Shown piece after piece: positions 12,111-22,600 of a stretch of 64,000 nucleotides of DNA. This DNA comes from Macrostomum lignano. Its lineage: Eukaryota. Each line of letters starts with the position of its first letter. Position 1 is the stretch's first letter. The stretch lies in assembly GCA_002269645.1 (NCBI GenBank), contig NIVC01001510.1:1-64000 (forward strand), written 5' to 3'. Below the pieces are notes generated by a model. That model was given only the letters and a program-made list of their open reading frames with translations, made no database searches and was not told the DNA's origin. Made by a program: the position numbers and the translations under genes.

Positions 12111-13235
12111 ATACGACGTAAATGGAGAATCAAACTGAGCCGCAGCCTTTCAATACAAGAACGAGTCCCTCAGCCTGTCTCTATTTCAATCTGAAACATG
12201 TGAGCTTCAATTGCACACTGACACTGTTATGGCTCCACCGATTCCGACAGAAGACCACCAACACCAAATCAACCAGTCAATATCGGATCATCATTTCTAG
12301 CTAAACGCAAATATATGAGTTTCTTTCCATTCAGTCTCGTTCTGGTTTGTATGGGGAGCATATGAAGTCTCATTTAGGTTGGCAAAAGCGATACTATTCC
12401 TTGATATCTGCTCTGAATGGTTGGAGTATTAGCTTGCAATCTTGGATCTTGAGCAGTGCCCCCAAGCCACACTAAATAGCCGCTTGTTATCGATTAGAAA
12501 CTGGAAACTTGACAACAGATATATGGGTATTGTTTGTATAAGATATTCGAGAACCCCCTCCAAGGTTTCTGCTAAGCTGCCCTTGGTTAATTTTTTTTCT
12601 TTTCCCCAGATGGCACTACAACACAAAATGTGCTTTTTACTTTACTAGTTCCTACTCTGCATCTTCAGCTAGAGATGTCGCTAACTCAGTACAAGCTAAC
12701 GCATTTTCCGCTAGTGGCGTAAGTTAAGAAGACTTGACCATGGTTAGTACGCATCTGAATACGTTTGAGCGAGCAATAAAGCTGAGCTGAAATACAATGT
12801 TGCAGCTGCAACCCCCAAGCTTGTCAGACACATTTCAACATCTAAATTTCTTAGACTTTTTTTCACAGCACAGCCCAAACAATTGACTTTCCACACACAG
12901 TTGAATAAACTTTTGCGACTTTAGCAAAACATGCTTTAAGATGAATTTCAGTTCTTTAAGTTTTGCAGCAGAGCGGGCGTACCGGATGTGGTGGAACGAA
13001 AAAGAGACGGAGTCAGCATCAATCAGAAAGACTTCGATCTCCAGCATGGTTGGGTGGTCCGATTTTGTCTCTGCGGTCCGAAAGCCGCCGAGTCCAACTA
13101 ATGGAATGCACTTTTAATGTTGCGTTTTTTCTCACGGCCGTCTGTGATCTGTCATTCATGGGCGTCTTACAGAAATTTTTGTCAGCTGAAGGGTTTTAGC
13201 AGAGGGTAGAGGCGACAAGATTAGAAGAGAACAAT

Positions 13236-13450
13236 GGAGGAGAGAGGAGAGGAGAGGAGAGGAGAGGAGAGGAGAGGAGAGAAGAGGAGAGGAGAGGAGA
13301 GGAGAGGAGAGGAGAGGAGAGGAGAGGAGAGGAGAGGAGAGGAGAGGAGAGGAGAGGAGAGGAGAGGAGAGGAGAGGAGAGGAGAGGAGAGGAGAGGAGA
13401 GGAGAGGAGAGGAGAGGAGAGGAGAGGAGAGGAGAGGAGAGGAGAGGAGG
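13236..13450. repeat. (GGAGA)n pentanucleotide microsatellite
   Basis: Direct observation. Confidence 0.97.
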
Positions 13451-13969
13451 AGAATGACTAAGCAGCGAAAGCCAAGTGAAAAGCAACTCTTGCTGCCCCT
13501 TTTGGCCAAGAGAAACATGCTGTCCGACTGGAACTGCAGCCGCCCCGAATCGGCAGCGCTATGCAAACATGCTATCCATGCTATCGAATTCCGTCATTCG
13601 CAGGCCCCGGGGGGCGGAGAGGAAATTAGCGAGATGTGCTTCATACGCGGTCACTTCGCAAAAAATAAGGAATGGACAACAAACCAGAAGAGAGGGAGGC
13701 GGAAACCTAAACAGTAAGTAATGAAAGCGGGGCACATCCGTGTCTGCATGTTTGCCCAATGCAGAACTATTCTTGCTTTTTCCAAGGCTTTTTGTAACGA
13801 AACGCCAGAAAACAGCTGTGACAGTCTTCCATCTTTTGTCTGGCTTTGGATTCTAATATAAGGAGTCTGGGTGAGCGATTTACCTTTTTTGCAAATTCAG
13901 TTGCGGTTAAGTACAAATTTATCTAAGCAATATCTGATATGGGATTCGTGTCTTGTAGTAGCCTTAAGA

Positions 13970-16900
13970 ATGGAGAAGCAGATTCAATCAATGGAGCAGT
14001 GGAGAGGCAGATTCAAGCAATGGAGCAGCGGAGAAGCAGATTCAAGCAATGAAGCAGCGGAGAAGCAGATTCAAGCAATGGAGCAGCGGAGAAGCAGATT
14101 CAAGCAATGAAGCAGCGGAGAAGCAGATTCAAGCAATGGAGCAGTGGAGAGGCAGATTCAAGCAATGGAGCAGCGGAGAAGCAGATTCAATCAATGGAGC
14201 AGTGGTGAGACAGATTCAATCAATGGAGCAGTGGTGAGACAGATTCAATCAATGGAGCAGCGGAGAAGCAGATTCAAGCAATTGAACAGTGGAGAGGCAG
14301 ATTCAAGCAATGGAGCAGCGGAGAAGCAGATTCAAGCAATTGAACAGTGGAGAGGCAGATTCAAGCAATTGAACAGTGGAGAGGCAGATTCAAGCAATTG
14401 AACAGTGGAGAGGCAGATTCAAGCAATGGAGCAGTGGTGAGACAGATTCAATCAATGGAGCAGCGGAGAAGCAGATTCAAGCAATGAAGCAGCGGAGAAG
14501 CAGATTCAAGCAATGAAGCAGCGGAGAAGCAGATTCAAGCAATGAAGCAGCGGAGAAGCAGATTCAATCAATGGAGCAGCGGAGAAGCAGATTCAATCAA
14601 TGGAGCAGCGGAGAAGCAGATTCAAGCAATGAAGCAGCGGAGAAGCAGATTCAATCAATGGAGCAGCGGAGAAGCAGATTCAATCAATGGAGCAGCGGAG
14701 AAGCAGATTCAAGCAATTGAACAGTGGAGAGGCAGATTCAATCAATGGAGCAGCGGAGAAGCAGATTCAAGCAATGGAGCAGCGGAGAAGCAGATTCAAT
14801 CAATGGAGCAGCGGAGAAGCAGATTCAAGCAATTGAACAGTGGAGAAGCAGATTCAATCAATGGAGCAGCGGAGAAGCAGATTCAAGCAATGAAGCAGCG
14901 GAGAAGCAGATTCAAGCAATGGAGCAGCGGAGAAGCAGATTCAATCAATGGAGCAGCGGAGAAGCAGATTCAAGCAATGAAGCAGCGGAGAAGCAGATTC
15001 AAGCAATGAAGCAGCGGAGAAGCAGATTCAAGCAATGGAGCAGTGGAGAGGCAGATTCAAGCAATTGAACAGTGGAGAGGCAGATTCAATCAATGGAGCA
15101 GCGGAGAAGCAGATTCAAGCAATTGAACAGTGGAGAAGCAGATTCAATCAATGGAGCAGCGGAGAAGCAGATTCAAGCAATGAAGCAGCGGAGAAGCAGA
15201 TTCAAGCAATGGAGCAGTGGAGAGGCAAATTCAAGCAATTGAACAGTGGAGAGGCAGATTCAATCAGTGGAGCAGCGGAGAAGCAGATTCAAGCAATTGA
15301 ACAGTGGAGAAGCAGATTCAATCAATGGAGCAGCGGAGAAGCAGATTCAATCAATGGAGCAGCGGAGAAGCAGATTCAAGCAATGAAGCAGCGGAGAAGC
15401 AGATTCAATCAATGGAGCAGCGGAGAAGCAGATTCAAGCAATTGAACAGTGGAGAAGCAGATTCAATCAATGGAGCAGCGGAGAAGCAGATTCAATCAAT
15501 GGAGCAGCGGAGAAGCAGATTCAAGCAATGAAGCAGCGGAGAAGCAGATTCAATCAATGGAGCAGCGGAGAAGCAGATTCAAGCAATGGAGCAGCGGAGA
15601 AGCAGATTCAATCAATGGAGCAGCGGAGAAGCAGATTCAAGCAATTGAACAGTGGAGAAGCAGATTCAATCAATGGAGCAGCGGAGAAGCAGATTCAAGC
15701 AATGAAGCAGCGGAGAAGCAGATTCAAGCAATGGAGCAGCGGAGAAGCAGATTCAATCAATGGAGCAGCGGAGAAGCAGATTCAAGCAATGAAGCAGCGG
15801 AGAAGCAGATTCAAGCAATGAAGCAGCGGAGAAGCAGATTCAAGCAATGGAGCAGTGGAGAAGCAGATTCAAGCAATGAAGCAGCGGAGAAGCAGATTCA
15901 AGCAATGGAGCAGCGGAGAAGCAGATTCAAGCAATTGAACAGTGGAGAAGCAGATTCAATCAATGGAGCAGCGGAGAAGCAGATTCAAGCAATGGAGCAG
16001 CGGAGAAGCAGATTCAAGCAATGGAGCAGTGGAGAGGCAGATTCAAGCAATTGAACAGTGGAGAGGCAGATTCAATCAATGGAGCAGCGGAGAAGCAGAT
16101 TCAAGCAATTGAACAGTGAAGAAGCAGATTCAATCAATGGAGCAGCGGAGAAGCAGATTCAAGCAATGAAGCAGCGGAGAAGCAGATTCAATCAATGGAG
16201 CAGCGGAGAAGCAGATTCAATCAATGGAGCAGCGGAGAAGCAGATTCAAGCAATTGAACAGTGGAGAGGCAGATTCAATCAATGGAGCAGTGGAGAAGCA
16301 GATTCAATCAATGGAGCAGCGGAGAAGCAGATTCAAGCAATGGAGCAGCGGAGAAGCAGATTCAAGCAATGGAGCAGTGGAGAGGCAGATTCAAGCAATG
16401 GAGCAGTGGAGAGGCAGATTCAAGCAATGAAGCAGCGGAGAAGCAGATTTAATCAATGGAGCAGCGGAGAAGCAGATTCAATCAATGGAGCAGCGGAGAA
16501 GCAGATTCAATCAATGGAGCAGCGGAGAAGCAGATTCAAGCAATTGAACAGTGGAGAGGCAGATTCAATCAATGGAGCAGTGGAGAAGCAGATTCAATCA
16601 ATGGAGCAGCGGAGAAGCAGATTCAAGCAATGGAGCAGCGGAGAAGCAGATTCAAGCAATGGAGCAGTGGAGAGGCAGATTCAAGCAATGGAGCAGTGGA
16701 GAGGCAGATTCAAGCAATGAAGCAGCGGAGAAGCAGATTTAATCAATGGAGCAGCGGAGAAGCAGATTCAAGCAATTGAACAGTGGAGAGGCAGATTCAA
16801 GCAATGGAGCAGTGGTGAGACAGATTCAATCAATGGAGCAGCGGAGAGGCAGATTCAAGCAATGGAGCAGTGGTGAGACAGATTCAATCAATGGAGCAGC

Positions 16901-18748
16901 GGAGAAGCAGATTCAAGCAATGAAGCAGCGGAGAAGCAGATTCAAGCAATGGAGCAGCGGAGAAGCAGATTCAATCAATGGAGCAGCGGAGAAGCAGATT
17001 CAAGCAATGAAGCAGCGGAGAAGCAGATTCAAGCAATGAAGCAGCGGAGAAGCAGATTCAAGCAATGGAGCAGTGGAGAGGCAGATTCAAGCAATTGAAC
17101 AGTGGAGAGGCAGATTCAATCAATGGAGCAGCGGAGAAGCAGATTCAATCAATGGAGCAGTGGTGAGACAGATTCAATCAATGGAGCAGCGGAGAAGCAG
17201 ATTCAAGCAATGAAGCAGCGGAGAAGCAGATTCAAGCAATGGAGCAGTGGAGAGGCAGATTCAAGCAATTGAACAGTGGAGAGGCAGATTCAATCAATGG
17301 AGCAGCGGAGAAGCAGATTCAAGCAATGAAGCAGCGGAGAAGCAGATTCAATCAATGGAGCAGTGGAGAGGCAGATTCAAGCAATGGAGCAGCGGAGAAG
17401 CAGATTCAAGCAATGAAGCAGCGGAGAAGCAGATTCAAGCAATGAAGCAGCGGAGAAGCAGATTCAAGCAATGAAGCAGCGGAGAAGCAGATTCAATCAA
17501 TGGAGCAGCGGAGAAGCAGATTCAAGCAATGAAGCAGCGGAGAAGCAGATTCAATCAATGGAGCAGTGGAGAGGCAGATTCAAGCAATGGAGCAGCGGAG
17601 AAGCAGATTCAAGCAATGAAGCAGCGGAGAAGCAGATTCAAGCAATGAAGCAGCGGAGAAGCAGATTCAAGCAATGAAGCAGCGGAGAAGCAGATTCAAG
17701 CAATGGAGCAGTGGAGAGGCAGATTCAAGCAATGGAGCAGTGGAGAGGCAGATTCAAGCAATGGAGCAGCGGAGAAGCAGATTCAAGCAATGGAACAGCG
17801 GAGAGGCAGATTCAAGCAATGGAGCAGTGGAGAGGCAGATTCAAGCAATGGAGCAGCGGAGAAGCAGATTCAAGCAATGGAGCAGTGGAGAGGCAGATTC
17901 AAGCAATGGAGCAGCGGAGAAGCAGATTCAATCAATGGAGCAGCGGAGAAGCAGATTCAAGCAATGAAGCAGCGGAGAAGCAGATTCAATCAATGGAGCA
18001 GTGGAGAGGCAGATTCAAGCAATGGAGCAGCGGAGAAGCAGATTCAAGCAATGGAGCAGTGGAGAGGCAGATTCAATCAATGGAGCAGTGGAGAGGCAGA
18101 TTCAATCAATGGAGCAGCGGAGAAGCAGATTCAAGCAATGGAGCAGTGGAGAGGCAGATTCAATCAATGGAGCAGTGGAGAGGCAGATTCAATCAATGGA
18201 GCAGCGGAGAAGCAGATTCAAGCAATGAAGCAGCGGAGAAGCAGATTCAAGCAATGGAGCAGTGGAGAGGCAGATTCAATCAATGGAGCAGTGGAGAGGC
18301 AGATTCAATCAATGGAGCAGCGGAGAAGCAGATTCAAACAATGGAGCAGCGGAGAAGCAGATTCAAGCAATGGAGCAGTGGAGAGGCAGATTCAAGCAAT
18401 GGAGCAGCGGAGAAGCAGATTCAAGCAATGGAGCAGTGGAGAGGCAGATTCAAGCAATGGAGCAGTGGAGAGGCAGATTCAAGCAATGGAGCAGTGGAGA
18501 GGCAGATTCAAGCAATGGAGCAGTGGAGAAGCAGATTCAAGCAATGGAGCAGTGGAGAGGCAGATTCAAGCAATGGAGCAGTGGAGAGGCAGATTCAATC
18601 AATGGAGCAGCGGAGAAGCAGATTCAATCAATGGAGCAGCGGAGAAGCAGATTCAAGCAATGGAGCAGTGGAGAAGCAGATTCAAGCAATGGAGCAGTGG
18701 AGAGGCAGATTCAAGCAATGGAGCAGCGGAGAAGCAGATTCAAGCAAA
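13970..18748. repeat. 29-bp minisatellite, about 165 units (GGAGCAGCGGAGAAGCAGATTCAAGCAAT)
   Basis: Direct periodicity; long ORFs in several frames are repeat artefacts. Confidence 0.97.
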
Positions 18749-18899
18749 GGCCAACTTTCAAGCGCAACTGATGCAGTGCACTGTCAGTTTCTTTTTTAGT
18801 ATTTTTACCGACAAGATTTGATAATACTGGCTTACCATCAGCTTTCTATTGAAGTACTTTCGCGTGCAGATGCCTGTTCAGTAGCAAAATAATTCCCAG

Positions 18900-19629
18900 G
18901 AAGTACTCTAGAAGCAGATTCAGTCGTGACACGGTCGTTTCAGACCTTCAGTAGGTGAGTTTCCGATTGAAGTAAAAAAGGATTGATCTCATTTTCCATC
19001 TCTCATATAGCGAATTCAAGAAGACAGGAGAAATTCACAGCAGTTTTGCAAGCAAAATTAAAGACTCGCTGTGTGACAAATATAGCCCAGAAATGTAACT
19101 AAACAATGCCTATTAATCTCTTCTTTGAAGCAGAAAGCCAGACAGAAACTCTCTGCCGCTGCGCTGTTCAAGCAAAAAGCAACTCTCTTCAATCGAGGCC
19201 AAACTGAAGCCAGCTCAGCACAAAGAGATTTAAAAAGGTAAAGAGCAGATGAAAACGTGTCACCCGGAAGTTCCTCGAGGCAGTTAGGGACTGCAGTGCA
19301 CTCCCCGCAGCCTTTGCTTCCGCTTGTTGGCTCCGCTCTCCCCCTCCCTTACATCCGCCGTGTTGTAAATCTTCACTTTGGAAACGATTTCCATGCTGCC
19401 AGTTTCTCCCAAGCTTTACTGATCTCCCGGCTCTCGTTGACAGGCGAGGAAGGCTGCCATTTTTTGTGCGACGCGTTCAGCCAATCCGTCGCTGTCCAAT
19501 GAGAGGCTCCAGCCAGACCAGATCTTCGTCAAGTTCTTCGAAGCCAGATATAAACTCTCGTACTCCCATTCGAATTCGCAGCTCAGCAATAATTTTATAA
19601 TATTCCCTAATAGTCGCATGCGTCACTGA
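18900..19629 (+). CDS. Candidate small exons of an unidentified plus-strand gene (18900-18954, 19011-19094, about 19135-19237, about 19444-19629)
   Basis: cccag|GA..AG|gtgagt and atatag|C..AT|gtaact join in phase (STLEADSVVTRSFQTFSSEFKKTGEIHSSFASKIKDSLCDKYSPE); last candidate exon ..LSNERLQPDQIFVKFFEARYKLSY..* has coding-like codon use. The third exon does not join cleanly and no family was recognised. Confidence 0.3.
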
Positions 19630-19655
19630 TCCTCAGATCCCGCCGCGCTGCCGCC

Positions 19656-22600
19656 ATGAAAACGGACTCATCTGAGTCGGCCTGGCTGCTCGAGTTTGCC
19701 TGGTACGCAGCCATGATTCCGGCGTGTGCGGCAGCCACCGCGGCCTTCGCATTCGCCGCCTGCGTGTTCTACCAGCTGGGCCGCCGGTCAGCGGACGACC
19801 GGCTTGGCGCACTGCGCGGCTTCTGCGTCCTGCTGGCCACGGAGACGCTGGTCTGCGCCAGCGCCGGCGTCTGCCTTGTCTTCAAGCTTCAACTGCTGCT
19901 GCTGGTCAGGCCGATCGCCATCTCCGAGGACAGATCGGCCATCAGCGGAAATTCGACAATTGTGACGACGCAAACGCCGCCGTTGCACAGCGTGCAGCAT
20001 CACATCTCCCCCATCCCGCTGCTTGTGTCCTTCTACCTGACCAACTACCTGCTGTTCGTGCGCAATTATTGCATAGTGGCCAAGACCAGCCTGACCCTGC
20101 ATCACGTGGCCGCGCCGATTACCGCTCGAGTTCGATTAACGAAAACTCGAGTACTGTTGGCTTACCTGGCCTGCTATGCGCTGGCGCTGGCGCCTGTGTG
20201 CGCCCGGTGAGATTCGGTTTCTGGTAGAGTTGCACTGGGCGATGACCATTGTAGGCTGGTGGTAGTCTTATGCAGTACTTCAGATTCTTTTGGTGTGATT
20301 AAGGCCTCATTTCAGTCAGTCTGGGGGGTTGCAGCCTAGTGATTAGAACGTTGGATTCACAACTTGAAGGTCGGGGGTTCGATTCTCGTCCCCCTCGGAA
20401 CAATTTGTGTCCTTGAACAAGACAATTAACTCCGCATTGCTTCAGTTCACCCAGCTGTAAAATGGGTGCCAGCATTAGCTGGGGTAATTGAGGGTGTGTG
20501 GCGACCCCCAGTCCTTGGACTGAACAGCCGTACGCAGCCTTCAGATGCGCCGCGCAATAGCTGCGGCTGAGCTGTCGGTTGCACATCTGGCCATTGGGGC
20601 AGTTATTCAGTCAATTATTATTATTAGTATATTGAGTCAGTCAACAGGATCTTTAGATGTCAGCGTAAACTCTACCGCACAAAGGACACTCAATCATTCT
20701 CATGGTCAGGCATGTACAAACTCAGGGAACTCAGCTGAGCAGTTCTTGGTTTCTGAGGTCTTTTGGTGCCGGTGCAAATTTATCGGTCGGTGATGACATT
20801 GCTTGACTTCTGTGCCACGGGGGCGGTGGGGAGATGGGATGTGAACTGCTGTCTGCCTTGACGGTTGGCCGAAATTAATGGGTGGCTTGCTGTTGCCTAC
20901 AGAATGGCCACCTCTATGCTGCGCTAATTAGGGCAATACGACATTTTGCTTTCTAAGAAAAATCGCATCCTGCCTCGGAGACAAACGGACAAGGGAATAA
21001 GTATCATCTTCATGCGTGCGCACGGATGCGAGGCAGAAAGTCAGGGGAAGCGACTTGAGGAAGCGGACAGCCGGGAAGAGGTCAGCGCAGGACTTTGGCA
21101 ATGAAGATTTTCTTGAATTCAAATGCGAAGTCCAGCTCGGAGGTTGGGACTTTTTCAGGACCGTGCTTCATCCTCTCTCGATACCTACTCGGCTTCGATA
21201 ATCCCCCATCTCCCATGGAGTTGTAACTCCCCTGGGCCAGGAGGGGAAGCGGATGAGCAGACAAACCATTTTCCCCCAGTGTCGAAGTGTCCGTCATCAG
21301 TTTATTATTCTCGCATCAATAAGCCCTGAGGGCGGAGGTCAGAGGGATCAGTAGGGCTTAATCTGCTATGCTAATGCGATTCCCTGAGCTGACTGGAGCC
21401 TCGATATTGAGTTGTCTTAAAGACAGGCCCATTGCAGCATTTCAAGTGATGGACAGGGTGACGAGGCGTTGCGAGTGAATTTTAATGTGGTATGTTTTTT
21501 TCAACTTTCGCGATTCAATTAGTTAAGGCGCGACACGTCAGCTCAGAGCGGAGCTGCTCGGCAGCCCGTCTTTGACAATAGCAGTAATGCCAGATTGTTT
21601 GGCATAAATTAATACTTTGGTTTCAGTTAAGCATATTCTGCTCAGCAGTGACCGCTATTTTACCCTGGTAAATCTCCCTGTAGATGTAGGAGTAGAACTC
21701 AGATCTCCCTGTAGATGTAGGAGTGGAACGCAGATCTCCCTGTAGATGTAGGAGTGGAACGCAGATCTCCCTGTAGATGTAGGAGTAGAACGCAGATCTC
21801 CCTGTAGATGTAGGAGTAGAACACAGATCTCCCTGTAGATGTAGGAGTAGAACGCAGATCTCCCTGTAGATGTAGGAGTAGAACTTAGATCTCCCAGTAG
21901 ATGTAGGAGTAGAACTTAGATCTCCCAGTAGATGTAGGAGTGGAACGCAGATCTCCCTGTAGATGTAGGAGTGGAACGCAGATCTCCCTGTAGATGTAGG
22001 AGTGGAACGCAGATCTCCCTTTAGATGTGGCAATGGACTTCAAGTACCTTTGGGAAGAATAAAAAAGGATACTTAGAAATATCAATTTTAGGAAATAGAA
22101 ATGGAGCCAAGAAAATAGAAAAAAAACAGTTTTTACTGGCACAGGTAAGATAAACTGACCAGATAAAAACCATTAAAGTTATAGAAAATTCATGTCTGCA
22201 TTCAAACTTTCTGAATGCTGAAGCTACGTCGTAAATTCAGTTTTGGATTACATGCAGATGGACCAACTGCCAAAAAAGGTCGTCAATGGACTTTGAAACG
22301 CAGTCCCCATGCGGATTCTAAAGAGAAGTTCCCCTTCGCTTGACGCTGATTGATTTAGTTGGCCAGCAGAATTAATTATGCAACGCGTCCACACTTGACT
22401 GTGCCAGTAAAGTTTCTGCGAATAGTTTGCATTTTTCGTTAGTAAATACAGACTCTAGTGTGGCCTTATACTTTTTAACTTTAACTCTAGTATCAGGTTT
22501 GAGTCAATATCAGAGCTCTAGTATCAGGTTTGAGTCAGTATCAGAGCTCTAGTATCAGGTTTGAGTCAGTATCAGAGCTCTAGTATCAGGTTTGAGTCAG

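Noticed and set aside
13970-18821. Long EKQIQAMEQ coiled-coil-like ORFs
   Set aside because: The 29-bp unit cycles through all frames, stops are scattered, and there is no codon-position bias.
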